Shown here: positions 22,582 through 32,454 of the stretch, in pieces
Position numbering within the stretch: the first letter of the stretch is position 1
How the letters are laid out: each line of letters starts with the position of its first letter
Origin: an uncultured Erysipelotrichaceae bacterium
GTDB taxonomy: Bacteria > Bacillota_I > Bacilli_A > RF39 > UBA660
Assembly: GCA_902785135.1 (NCBI GenBank)
Contig: CACZXL010000003.1
Location: 2,281-66,280 of the forward strand
Reading direction: 5' to 3'
DNA length: 64,000 nt
Program-made: the position numbers and the translations under genes
The notes under the pieces: model-generated
Told to the model about the DNA's origin: nothing
Databases searched by the model: none
What the model saw: only the letters and a program-made list of their open reading frames with translations

Positions 22582-22622
22582 TTTTTCTTTTTGTTTTATA
22601 TTATAATTAAGAAGGTGAAATT

Positions 22623-23252
22623 ATGAGATTAAGAAATAATAAAAACGCTAAGGGTATTTTAGAAGAATCAAAATACGTTATTAAAAATCCAGAAGAAAAT
22701 AAAGGAAAATGGAATAAAGTTTTTGGTAATAATAATCCTATAAGAGTAGAAATAGGCTGTGGAAAAGGTAATTTTATTATTCAAAATGCATTAACATATC
22801 CTGATATTAATTTTATTGGAATTGAAATGTATGATACTGTTTTAATGTATGCGGTTAATAAGATAGAACAAGATATACCTAATCTTAGATTTATTAGAAT
22901 AGATGCAAGATTAGTAGAAGATATATTTGATAAAGAGATAGATTTAGTTTTTCTTAATTTTTCAGATCCTTGGCCAAAGAATAGAAACGCAAAAAGAAGA
23001 TTAACTCATGAAAGATTTTTATCAAGATATGATAATATCTTCAAAGGAGAAAAAACTATATTTTTAAAAACAGATAATGTTGGGTTATTTGAGTTCTCTA
23101 TAGAATCATTATCTTGTTATGGATATAAGTTAAAAAATATATCACTAGATTTAGTGAATAGTGGCATAGAAGATAATATTATGACTGAGTATGAAAAGAA
23201 ATTTACAGATATGGGTATTAAAATAAATAGATTAGAAGCTTATAAAGATTAA
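22623..23252 (+). CDS. trmB: tRNA (guanine-N7)-methyltransferase
   Basis: EIGCGKG, NFSDPWPK.R..KRRLT, KTDN, TEYE. Confidence 0.96.
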   Translation: MRLRNNKNAKGILEESKYVIKNPEENKGKWNKVFGNNNPIRVEIGCGKGNFIIQNALTYPDINFIGIEMYDTVLMYAVNKIEQDIPNLRFIRIDARLVEDIFDKEIDLVFLNFSDPWPKNRNAKRRLTHERFLSRYDNIFKGEKTIFLKTDNVGLFEFSIESLSCYGYKLKNISLDLVNSGIEDNIMTEYEKKFTDMGIKINRLEAYKD

Positions 23253-23319
23253 TTTATAAAAAACACTTTAATTTAGTGTTTTTTTTTGATATAATATAAA
23301 AGATAAAGTAGGTGTTTTA

Positions 23320-24000
23320 ATGAAATTACGTAAAGTGTTAGTATTAATACTTACTGTTGTTGCTTTAACAGGGTGTACAATCAGTAATATTAACACAAAT
23401 GATTACATGAAAAATATAAATACAATTTTATCAAGAAAGAGTAAATATACTAATAAGAACGCTATTGGTTATCAATTTTATTTACCTGATGGTGTAGTAG
23501 TAACAGAAGTAAATGATTTTAATCAAAGACTTATGTCTAAAGGTGATATTTATTATCTTTATGCAGATATAGTTAGTTACTATCATAACATTCAAGCTAA
23601 ATATACTATTAATAAAAAAGCATATTTATCTAAAAAACTTAACAAAGGTGATAAATATGGATATGTTGAAGTTAATGAACAAGGTGATTATTATTATGTT
23701 GAAATGATGTATAATTATGCGAAAATAGAAAGTTATGTTAAGAAAAGTAATCTTAAAGAAGCTTTAGGAAATATGGCATATATACTATCAAGTGTTAAAT
23801 ATAATGATGATATTGTTGAAAACTTATTAGGTGAAGAAAAATATAATTTAAGTGAAAATGAAACTTATAATATATTTAAAACTAAAAAAGGTAATAATGA
23901 TAATTTCTTAAAGTATGTTGATGAATTTGATAATTATGAAGGCGAAGATGCAGCTGATCTAATAGAAAAGAAAAAAATAGACCGAAACAGGGACAATTAG
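23320..24000 (+). CDS. Hypothetical lipoprotein
   Basis: Lipobox LTGC. Confidence 0.75.
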   Translation: MKLRKVLVLILTVVALTGCTISNINTNDYMKNINTILSRKSKYTNKNAIGYQFYLPDGVVVTEVNDFNQRLMSKGDIYYLYADIVSYYHNIQAKYTINKKAYLSKKLNKGDKYGYVEVNEQGDYYYVEMMYNYAKIESYVKKSNLKEALGNMAYILSSVKYNDDIVENLLGEEKYNLSENETYNIFKTKKGNNDNFLKYVDEFDNYEGEDAADLIEKKKIDRNRDN

Positions 24001-24010
24001 AGGTGATCAT

Positions 24011-25006
24011 ATGAGTTTTATAAATAAAGTTAAGAATTTCTTTTATGAAGATATAGAAGAAGATGATGAAGAATTTGAATCTAGAGAAGCTTTAAAAAGA
24101 GAAGAAAGACTTAGAAAAAAGGAAGAAAAAGAAAGAAGAAGATTTGAAGAACAACAAGAAAAGAAACCAATTGTTCAACAAGCTAATAATGATCTATCAG
24201 AAAGAGAATTATTTAAAAGTGAAAGAACATTTAATTTTCCAATGGATTTGGGTGATGATATATTTGATATAACTGAAACTATGCCATTAGACCTAGATGA
24301 AGAAAAAGAAGAAAGCAGAAGTCAAATTAAAGAAGAAAAGAATTTATATGCAAGACCAACTAGAACAGTAACACCAACAACTACAAGACCAGTATACGCT
24401 AGTGAACAAAAGACTGAAGAACAAAAGAAATTCCGTCCTTCACCAGTCGTATCACCAGTTTATGGTATCTTAGATAAAGATTATACTGTAGAAGATGTTG
24501 TTGAAAAAACACTTAGTAAAACAAAAGAATTCTCATTAGAAAAAAAGAGTGTAGATTTTGATACAGTAAGAAATAGAGCGTATAAAGAATTAGATGAAGA
24601 AATAGAAAAAACTTTGACTGGTCAAAAAGATATATTTTATAATTTAGAAGAAGAAGTAAAAGAAGAAAATACAGGTGAAATTGAAGATTATATAGAAGAT
24701 TCATATGATAAAAATGAGAATAAAGAAGATGATGTAATTATTACATATGAAGGTACAGAAGAATTTAAAGAAGAAAAGAAAGAATTTGAAGAACCTTCAA
24801 AAGAAGAAATATCTGAACCTGAAGAAGATGAAGAAGAATCATTCACACCTGATGTAGCGATTCCTACCGTTGAAAAAAAAGAAAAGAAAACTAGAAGAAG
24901 TAAAAAAGTAGATGACGAAGAAGAATACGATGAAGAAAAAGAAGATTTATTTAATTTAATAGATAATATGTATAATGATGAAGATGAAGAGGAGGAAGAA
25001 GATTAA
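24011..25006 (+). CDS. Acidic low-complexity protein with SftA N-terminal-like motif
   Basis: MSFINKVKNFF amphipathic start; FNFPM and FRPSPVVSPVYG motifs; no ATPase domain. Confidence 0.6.
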   Translation: MSFINKVKNFFYEDIEEDDEEFESREALKREERLRKKEEKERRRFEEQQEKKPIVQQANNDLSERELFKSERTFNFPMDLGDDIFDITETMPLDLDEEKEESRSQIKEEKNLYARPTRTVTPTTTRPVYASEQKTEEQKKFRPSPVVSPVYGILDKDYTVEDVVEKTLSKTKEFSLEKKSVDFDTVRNRAYKELDEEIEKTLTGQKDIFYNLEEEVKEENTGEIEDYIEDSYDKNENKEDDVIITYEGTEEFKEEKKEFEEPSKEEISEPEEDEEESFTPDVAIPTVEKKEKKTRRSKKVDDEEEYDEEKEDLFNLIDNMYNDEDEEEEED

Positions 25007-25353
25007 TGGAATATTTAAGCGAACTTTTACCTATAATAATATATATACTATTAATAGTATTAATTATATTATTAATCATTATAGCAGTAAAATCGATTAA
25101 AGCATTAAATAAAGTACAAGAGGTTGTAGATAATGTTGATAAGAAAGTTAAAACATTAGATGGAATATTTGATGTTATAGATGTTGCAACTGATAAATTA
25201 TCAATATTAAGTGATAAAATAATAAATATAATAGCGGGAGCATTAGAAAAAGTATTTAAAACTAAAAAAACTAAAGTAACAAAAAAAGAAACTAAAGAAA
25301 TAAAGAAAGATTCAAAAAAAGAAAAAGTTACTAAAAAGAAGGAGGAAGAGTAA
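25006..25353 (+). CDS. DUF948/YtxG-like membrane-anchored coiled-coil protein
   Basis: N-terminal TM plus coiled coil; adjacent to ytxH-like gene. Confidence 0.65.
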   Translation: MEYLSELLPIIIYILLIVLIILLIIIAVKSIKALNKVQEVVDNVDKKVKTLDGIFDVIDVATDKLSILSDKIINIIAGALEKVFKTKKTKVTKKETKEIKKDSKKEKVTKKKEEE

Positions 25354-25354
25354 T

Positions 25355-25750
25355 ATGGGAAAAAGAGGCACAGGAAAATTTCTTATAGGTGGAGCTATAG
25401 GTGCTGGAATAGCATTACTTTTCACAACTAAAAAGGGTGAAGAATTAAGAAAAGACTTAGCTGATAAATTTTCTGATTTAATAGAAAAAGCTAAGGAAAT
25501 TGATTCAAAAGAAGTTAAGGAAAATATTGAAAAGAAAGTTAATGAAATTAAAGCTGATTTAAAAGATTTAGATAAAGAAAAAGCTAAAAAAATCGCTGCT
25601 AAAAAAGCAGAAGCAATTAAAAATAAAGCAGAAGATTTAGTTATTTATGCTAAAGAAAAGGGAACACCAGTTTTAGAAAAGAGTGCTAAATCTCTTAAGA
25701 GAAAAGCTGCTAGTGTTACTAGAGAAGTATTAGCAAAATTAGAAGATTAA
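25355..25750 (+). CDS. YtxH domain protein
   Basis: FLIGGAIGAGIALLFT.KKGEELRKDL. Confidence 0.88.
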   Translation: MGKRGTGKFLIGGAIGAGIALLFTTKKGEELRKDLADKFSDLIEKAKEIDSKEVKENIEKKVNEIKADLKDLDKEKAKKIAAKKAEAIKNKAEDLVIYAKEKGTPVLEKSAKSLKRKAASVTREVLAKLED

Positions 25751-25800
25751 TATAATAGTCTTCTTTTTTTTGAAATTTATTACATGTAGGAGGTGTATTT

Positions 25801-26430
25801 ATGTGTAAGATTAATACCGCGAACTATAAAAATTGTCAGACAGAAAATGGAATCTCTATCTCAGGTGATAGAGGAGCAGAAGTAAATTTTAAAGGAAGCA
25901 GATATTTACCTATGCTGGCACCAAAAATATGGATTGATAGAGATGAAAAAATACCAGAAGAAGAAATGATCAGATACAATATGACTGAATATTTTAAACA
26001 ATGTTTAAGTAAATTAGATCCTGAAGAAGTATTTAACTTAATTCCAGATGGTTCAATATTATTATGTTCTGGTGATAATGACCAGCTAAGTCATAGACAG
26101 TTATTTGCATTTTGGATAGAATTATTTTTAGGAGAAAGAACTTCTGAAGTATATGAGAATCCTCAAAGAGAAACTCTTCGTAAATTAGATAGACCTGAAT
26201 ATTTAAAAGATATGTTTGAAGAAATTATCAAAGAAGAATATGATATGCATTGCTTTGATACTATTAAAGAAGCATATGAATATAATAAGAAATATAATAT
26301 AAAAGAAATTGAAGAAAAAAGAAGATATAAAGAAGAATTAATTGAAAAGGGATTATATGGCATTATTATGCCAGAAAAAACTAATGAAAAAAATAATATA
26401 AAAACACTTGGTTTAAAATTGACTTCTTAA
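25801..26430 (+). CDS. DUF488-like protein, degenerate motif, with C-terminal extension
   Basis: ISIS, Y..LAP, LSKLDPEEV, ILLC....SHR.L.A.W. Confidence 0.55.
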   Translation: MCKINTANYKNCQTENGISISGDRGAEVNFKGSRYLPMLAPKIWIDRDEKIPEEEMIRYNMTEYFKQCLSKLDPEEVFNLIPDGSILLCSGDNDQLSHRQLFAFWIELFLGERTSEVYENPQRETLRKLDRPEYLKDMFEEIIKEEYDMHCFDTIKEAYEYNKKYNIKEIEEKRRYKEELIEKGLYGIIMPEKTNEKNNIKTLGLKLTS

Positions 26431-26454
26431 TAAATATATATTAAAATGTAATTG

Positions 26455-26657
26455 TTAATGTTGATTGGCAAAAGAGTAATTAATTAAATGAAAAGTAGAG
26501 ATTTAAGTGGTTGGTGAAAACTTAAACATATAATTAATGAATATACATTGCTTTGAGTTAAATCGTTAATCGCGTTAAGATAATGAGGTAGATTAATTCT
26601 ATGAAGTAAGGTGGTACAACGGTAATACGTCCTTACATCATAGGATTTTTTTGTTTT
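26455..26657 (+). promoter_or_regulatory. T-box riboswitch (Tyr)
   Basis: Promoter TTGACT-17-TAAAAT (26419-26447); AGAGA and GGTGAAA stem I; specifier TAC 26544-46; antiterminator TAAGG-TGGTACA-ACG..CGT-CCTTA; terminator plus U tract. Confidence 0.92.
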
Positions 26658-26670
26658 TTAGGAGGTATCC

Positions 26671-27303
26671 ATGATAAAAAGAATTATATTTGATCAAGAT
26701 AATACTTTAGTTGAATGGAAAGATGAATATGATAAAACATATAATTATGCTTTAGATGAATTAGGTATATCTTATACTGATCAAGACTTAAAAGAATTAA
26801 TTCATGCGGTTGATACATATGAATTATCTTATGATATATTTAAAAAAGAATATATAGTAGAACAAATAAATAAGCATACTAGTTTAAATGTACCAGATAA
26901 TTTTATAGATGTATGGGAAAAGTATTTATGTGATTGTTATTCTGATACAGATAAAGTTATTATCCCAACTCTAGAATACTTATCTAAAAAATATGAATTA
27001 GTAGTATTATCAAATTGGTTTACTTATAATCAAGTAGAAAGATTAAAGAGTTTAGGAATGGATAAATATTTTACTGAAATAATATGTACTGATACTGTTA
27101 AAAATAAACCTAATAAAGAAGCATTTATTAAAGCTTGTGGAACACATAAACCTGAAGAATGTTTAATGGTGGGAGATAGTATGAATACTGACATAAATGG
27201 TGCGATTAATGCTGGACTAGAAGCAATTCTTCTAGATCCTAAAGGAATGTATGAATATAAAAATAAAATTAAAAGTATAAAAGAATTGGAGGAATTATTA
27301 TGA
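26671..27303 (+). CDS. HAD-superfamily hydrolase (YjjG-like nucleotidase)
   Basis: FDQDNTL, LSN, KP, MVGDS..DI.GA..AG. Confidence 0.88.
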   Translation: MIKRIIFDQDNTLVEWKDEYDKTYNYALDELGISYTDQDLKELIHAVDTYELSYDIFKKEYIVEQINKHTSLNVPDNFIDVWEKYLCDCYSDTDKVIIPTLEYLSKKYELVVLSNWFTYNQVERLKSLGMDKYFTEIICTDTVKNKPNKEAFIKACGTHKPEECLMVGDSMNTDINGAINAGLEAILLDPKGMYEYKNKIKSIKELEELL

Positions 27304-28532
27304 AATTTTATGATGAGTTAAAATGGAGAGGATTAATTAAAGACGAAGCAGGAGAAGATTTAGAAAAGGTTATTAATGAATGTAACGCTACATTTTATTG
27401 GGGTACTGATCCAACTGCAGATTCATTACATATTGGTCACTTTTCTAGTTTAGTTACTGCGAAAAGACTTGCGAAAGCAGGATTTAAACCAGTTTTATTA
27501 ATTGGTGGTGCAACAGGTATGATAGGTGATCCAAGACCAACTGCGGAAAGAGAAATTATTGATAAAGAAGTAGTTTTAAGTAATGTTGAATCTATTAAAA
27601 AACAAGTTACTAATATTTTTAATGGAAATGTAGAAGTAGTTAATAACTATGATTGGACTAAAGATATTAATGTTTTAGATTTCTTAAGAGATACAGGAAA
27701 GTATATTAATGTTAATTATATGCTTGCGAAAGATATTATTAATAGAAGATTAGAAACAGGTATTACTTTCGCAGAATTTACTTATACATTACTTCAAGGT
27801 TATGACTTTATGCATTTATACCAAACTAAAGGAGTAACAATGCAAGTTGCGGGTTCTGATCAATGGGGTAATATAACAACAGGTATAGAATTAATAAATA
27901 AAAAACTAGGTAAAACTGCGTATGCATTTACAATGCCATTAATCCTAGATAGTACTGGTAAAAAATTTGGTAAGAGTGAAGGAAATGCTTTATGGCTAGA
28001 TAAAGAAAAAACTTCTCCATATCAAATATATCAATATTTTATTAATTCTACAGATGATAAAGTAGAAGAATACTTAAAAGTATTTACATTCTTATCTAAA
28101 GAAGAAATAGAAGAAGTTATGAGAATTCATAATGAAAAACCAGAATTAAGACACGCTCAAAAAGTACTTGCGTCAGAAGTAATTAAAGATCTTCATGGTG
28201 AAGAAGAATGTGAAAAAGCAATTAAAATTACAGAAGCTTTATTTAGTGGAAATATAAAAGATTTATCTGAAGATGAATTAAAAGATTCTATGAGTGGTGT
28301 TGATACATATGAAATAGATGAAGAAAAGAATATAGTAGATATGCTTGTAGATACTGGTATACTATCTAGTAAAAGAGAAGCTAGAGAATTTGTTACTAAC
28401 GGATCTATAAGTGTAAATGGAGAAAAGGTAACAGACTTAGAAATGCTTGTAAATAAAGATGCTTCGTTATATAATAAATATATAGTAGTTAGAAGAGGTA
28501 AGAAAAAGTACTATTTAGTTATTATTAAATAA
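27300..28532 (+). CDS. tyrS: Tyrosine--tRNA ligase
   Basis: DPTADSLHIGH, GSDQWGNI, KFGKS, C-terminal S4 domain. Confidence 0.97.
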   Translation: MKFYDELKWRGLIKDEAGEDLEKVINECNATFYWGTDPTADSLHIGHFSSLVTAKRLAKAGFKPVLLIGGATGMIGDPRPTAEREIIDKEVVLSNVESIKKQVTNIFNGNVEVVNNYDWTKDINVLDFLRDTGKYINVNYMLAKDIINRRLETGITFAEFTYTLLQGYDFMHLYQTKGVTMQVAGSDQWGNITTGIELINKKLGKTAYAFTMPLILDSTGKKFGKSEGNALWLDKEKTSPYQIYQYFINSTDDKVEEYLKVFTFLSKEEIEEVMRIHNEKPELRHAQKVLASEVIKDLHGEEECEKAIKITEALFSGNIKDLSEDELKDSMSGVDTYEIDEEKNIVDMLVDTGILSSKREAREFVTNGSISVNGEKVTDLEMLVNKDASLYNKYIVVRRGKKKYYLVIIK

Positions 28533-28543
28533 GGAGGATTAAT

Positions 28544-28915
28544 ATGAAATATTTTTCTAAAGAAAAGGATACATTTTTAAAAGTAGTTAACGCAGTTATA
28601 ATTATGGGATTTGTTTTATCAGTAATAATTTTAGTCGCTACTGGTATACAAATAATTAATAAAGAACCAGTTTTATCTTATAAAGAATACGCTAAAAATG
28701 TATGTACTATTGATAAGCTTGAATATGAATGTACAGATGATTCTTGTATTAAAGAATTAGATACTGAAAGAAAGAAAACATGTACTACTTATTATTTAGA
28801 ATATAAGAAGGAACAAAAAAGAGTTAATAAAAGAAATACTAATAATTTCTTTATTTCACTTGCGAGTTCAGTATTATTATTTATAATGTTACATTTATTA
28901 AATAAAAAGATATAG
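28544..28915 (+). CDS. Hypothetical membrane protein (2 TM, Cys-containing loop)
   Basis: AGGAGG RBS; two hydrophobic helices. Confidence 0.7.
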   Translation: MKYFSKEKDTFLKVVNAVIIMGFVLSVIILVATGIQIINKEPVLSYKEYAKNVCTIDKLEYECTDDSCIKELDTERKKTCTTYYLEYKKEQKRVNKRNTNNFFISLASSVLLFIMLHLLNKKI

Positions 28916-28954
28916 AAATATATCTTTTTTTGTTATAATTAAGTAGGTGATTAT

Positions 28955-29467
28955 ATGAAAGTATTATTTATATCTGATATACATGGATTAGATACTAATT
29001 TACATATTATAGAAGATGAAATTATTAATAAAAAAATAGATAAATTAGTATGCTTAGGAGATTTATATTCAAGTACTGGTAAAGAAAAAGTAAGAGATTT
29101 CTTAAATAAATATAAAGATATTCTAATATGTATGGAAGGTAATTGTGATTCACCATATGATATAGAAGAATCAGATTTTCCTATATATCCAGGTATTATT
29201 TCTTTAAATATTGATGATAAAAAAATATATATAACTCATGGCAACAAATATAATATAGATAGAAGAAATGGATTTGATGGAGATATATTAGTGTATGGAC
29301 ATAAACATATTCCTTATATAAAAAAAGATAATAATCAAATATTTATATGTGTAGGATCTATATCTTATCCTAGGGATGAAAAAGGTTGTTCATACATGAT
29401 ATATGATAATAAAGAATTTTTAATATATGATTTAGATAAAAATGTAATTGACGGTATAAAGATATAG
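28955..29467 (+). CDS. YfcE-family metallophosphoesterase
   Basis: SDIHG, LGD, GNCD, THG, GHKH, GSISYPR. Confidence 0.9.
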   Translation: MKVLFISDIHGLDTNLHIIEDEIINKKIDKLVCLGDLYSSTGKEKVRDFLNKYKDILICMEGNCDSPYDIEESDFPIYPGIISLNIDDKKIYITHGNKYNIDRRNGFDGDILVYGHKHIPYIKKDNNQIFICVGSISYPRDEKGCSYMIYDNKEFLIYDLDKNVIDGIKI

Positions 29468-29516
29468 TATTCTATATCTTTTCTTTTATTTATGATAAAA
29501 TATAAGTGGTGGTTTT

Positions 29517-30152
29517 ATGCAGATAGAGATTGACGGAATAATATATGATGTTATTATAGAAAAGAAAAATAATAAGAATACATATTTAAGAGTAAAAGAA
29601 GATTTAAATATATATGTAACAACATCATATTTAACACCTAATTTTGCGATAAAGAAGTTTGTTAATTCTAATATTCCATTTATTAAAAAACAAATAGAAA
29701 AGATGGAAAAAAGAATAGAAAAGAAGCTAGATTATTATTATCTAGGAGAAATAATAAATGTTGTTATTATAGATAATATTAAAAAGACTAGTTTTGAAAA
29801 TAATACTTTATATGTAAAGAATAAATCAGAAATAGATAAATGGTATAAAAAACAAATGAAGATAGTTTTTAAAGAGCATTTAGATATGATATATGATAGA
29901 TTCACAGAACATGTTCCATATCCTAATTTAGTAATTAGAAAAATGTCTACTAGATGGGGAGTATGCAATAAGAATTTAAAAAAAGTTACTTTAAATAGTG
30001 AATTAATATATAAAGATACTAAATTCTTAGATTATGTAATAGTACATGAGTTATCTCATTTTATACATTTTGATCATAGTAAAGCTTTTTGGGAGTTAGT
30101 AGGAGAAAATGAACCTAACTATAAAAGATTAAGAAAGGAGTTACAAGAATGA
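29517..30152 (+). CDS. YgjP/DUF45 (M48-like) zinc metalloprotein
   Basis: MSTRWGVC, DYVIVHELSH, HSKAFW. Confidence 0.9.
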   Translation: MQIEIDGIIYDVIIEKKNNKNTYLRVKEDLNIYVTTSYLTPNFAIKKFVNSNIPFIKKQIEKMEKRIEKKLDYYYLGEIINVVIIDNIKKTSFENNTLYVKNKSEIDKWYKKQMKIVFKEHLDMIYDRFTEHVPYPNLVIRKMSTRWGVCNKNLKKVTLNSELIYKDTKFLDYVIVHELSHFIHFDHSKAFWELVGENEPNYKRLRKELQE

Positions 30153-30871
30153 TAGAGTCAGTTGATAATAGTAGAATTAAAGAAATTAGAAAATTAAAAG
30201 AAAAAAAATATAGAGATCAAGAAAAGTTATTTTTAGTAGAAGGAGAACATCTTGTTCTAGAAGCATATAAATCTAAATTATTAAAAACAGTTATATTATG
30301 TAATAGAGATATAGATTTAGATATTGAAAAAATAGAAGTATCAGAAAAAGTAATGAATACTATTAGTGATATGCCTTCTAAAGTAGATATAGTTGGTGTA
30401 TGTGAAATAGTTGATAATAAAATTAGTTTAGATAGTAATGTTTTAATACTTGATGGAATTCAAGATCCTGGTAATCTAGGTACTATTATTAGATCAGCGG
30501 TCGCATTTAATATTAAAAATATAGTTTTAAGTAAAAATACTGTTGATATATATAATCCTAAAGTATTAAGAGGATGCCAAGGTATGAATTTTCATCTTAA
30601 TATAATTAGAGATAATATATTAGAAATAATAGATGATTTAAAGGATAATAATTATATAATATATGGTACAGATGTTGTAAATGGACTTGACATAAAAGAT
30701 GTTAAAAAGACTGGGAAATATGCTATAATAATGGGGAATGAAGGAAATGGAATAAGTCCTGAAGTAAAAGAAATAGTTGATAAAAATATATACATAAATA
30801 TGAATGAAAAATGTGAAAGTTTAAATGTAGGAGTATCCGCATCAATTATTTTATATGAATTAAGTAAGTAG
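30149..30871 (+). CDS. TrmH/SpoU RNA methyltransferase
   Basis: QDPGNLGTIIRSA, GNEGNG, ESLNV. Confidence 0.92.
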   Translation: MIESVDNSRIKEIRKLKEKKYRDQEKLFLVEGEHLVLEAYKSKLLKTVILCNRDIDLDIEKIEVSEKVMNTISDMPSKVDIVGVCEIVDNKISLDSNVLILDGIQDPGNLGTIIRSAVAFNIKNIVLSKNTVDIYNPKVLRGCQGMNFHLNIIRDNILEIIDDLKDNNYIIYGTDVVNGLDIKDVKKTGKYAIIMGNEGNGISPEVKEIVDKNIYINMNEKCESLNVGVSASIILYELSK

Positions 30872-30879
30872 GTGATTAT

Positions 30880-31356
30880 ATGGAATTTATAAGAATAGGT
30901 AAAATTGTTAATACTCATGGTATAAAAGGAGAACTTAGAATATTATCTGATTTTAGACATAAAGATAAAGTATTTAAAGTTGGAATGAAGTTTTATGTAG
31001 GTAAGGATAAAGAAGAGTTTACTGTTAATAGTTATAGATTCCATAAGATATTTGATATGGTTACCTTTAATGGTTTTAATAATATAAATGATGTTTTATA
31101 TTTAAAAGGTAGACCAGTTTATATTAATAAAGAAGATTTAGTTTTAGATGATGGAGAAGTTTATATAGAAGATTTAGTTGGATATGATGTTATTATTGGT
31201 GAAAAAGTACTAGGAAAAGTTACTGGAGTAATGTATAATAGTAAGGCAAATGATATTTTAAAGGTTGGAGATACTCTTGTTCCTTATGTTAAAGATTTAA
31301 TTATTAAAATAGAGGATAATAAGATATACTACAAAGAAATCGGGGGATTACTATGA
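30880..31356 (+). CDS. rimM: Ribosome maturation factor RimM
   Basis: IGKIVNTHGIKGEL; directly upstream of trmD. Confidence 0.93.
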   Translation: MEFIRIGKIVNTHGIKGELRILSDFRHKDKVFKVGMKFYVGKDKEEFTVNSYRFHKIFDMVTFNGFNNINDVLYLKGRPVYINKEDLVLDDGEVYIEDLVGYDVIIGEKVLGKVTGVMYNSKANDILKVGDTLVPYVKDLIIKIEDNKIYYKEIGGLL

Positions 31357-32453
31357 AAATAAATATATTAACTTTATTTCCAAATATGTTTGATGGATTT
31401 TTAACTGAATCAATTATTAAACGTGCGGTTGATAATAAAAAAGTAGATATTAATATTAAGAATTTAAGAGATTATTCTAAAAACAAACATAAACAAGTAG
31501 ATGATACCCCATATGGTGGAGGCGCAGGAATGGTTCTTATGTGTGAACCAGTATTTGATGCAGTAGAAGATATAAAAAAGAAAAATACTAAAGTAATTAT
31601 GATGACTCCACAAGGAAAACAATATGATCAAAAGATGGCAGAAAAATTATCAAAGGAAAAAGATTTATTAATTATATGTGGTCATTATGAAGGATTTGAT
31701 GAAAGAATATCATCAATTGTTGATGAAGAAATTAGTATAGGTGATTATGTATTAACTGGTGGAGAAATACCTGCGATGGTATTAACTGATTCAATAACAA
31801 GATTACTTCCAGGAGTAATAGAAGAAGAATCTAAAGATAATGACTCATTCACAGATAACTTATTAGATTATCCGACTTATACTAAACCTAGAGAATATAG
31901 AGGTATGAAAGTACCTGATGTATTATTATCTGGTGATCATAAAAAGATAGATGAATGGCGTAAAGAAGAACAAATTAAAAAAACAAAAGAAAAAAGACCA
32001 GATTTAATTAATAATAGAAAAAGAAAAACTATTGGAAAATATTCATTAATAGAAGATACTAGTAAAAAACAAATAGTTAATTTAAATATGGATAATGCAT
32101 ATAAATTTTCTCCTAAGAAGAAAGGAGTATTTGATGTAAATAAGGTAATGATAGTAGAACCTACATTTATATCAAAAGTTGCTAAAAAGAATCTTCAAAA
32201 GAAATTAGGAAGTTTATTAAATCAAGTTCAAATAGTATTAAATGATGAAACTGATGATGAAGGAGCTAGTTATGTTCTTGGAGAATTAGATAGAATGAAA
32301 GCATTAATAATTTCATTATATGCTAAATACTTAGATCAAGAGTATTTATCTTTATTAATGATAAAACTAGATGCTTTAAAAAATGAAGTTGCTCTAAAAG
32401 AAATGGAAAAAATAGAAACAGTAAATTATAATAAAAAGGGAAGGAGTAGATAA
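31353..32453 (+). CDS. trmD: tRNA (guanine37-N1)-methyltransferase fused to a ~140-aa unknown C-terminal domain
   Basis: VDDTPYGGGAGM, CGHYEGFDER, SIGDYVLTGGE; the ORF continues past the usual RPDL end. Confidence 0.93.
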   Translation: MKINILTLFPNMFDGFLTESIIKRAVDNKKVDINIKNLRDYSKNKHKQVDDTPYGGGAGMVLMCEPVFDAVEDIKKKNTKVIMMTPQGKQYDQKMAEKLSKEKDLLIICGHYEGFDERISSIVDEEISIGDYVLTGGEIPAMVLTDSITRLLPGVIEEESKDNDSFTDNLLDYPTYTKPREYRGMKVPDVLLSGDHKKIDEWRKEEQIKKTKEKRPDLINNRKRKTIGKYSLIEDTSKKQIVNLNMDNAYKFSPKKKGVFDVNKVMIVEPTFISKVAKKNLQKKLGSLLNQVQIVLNDETDDEGASYVLGELDRMKALIISLYAKYLDQEYLSLLMIKLDALKNEVALKEMEKIETVNYNKKGRSR

Positions 32454-32454
32454 T

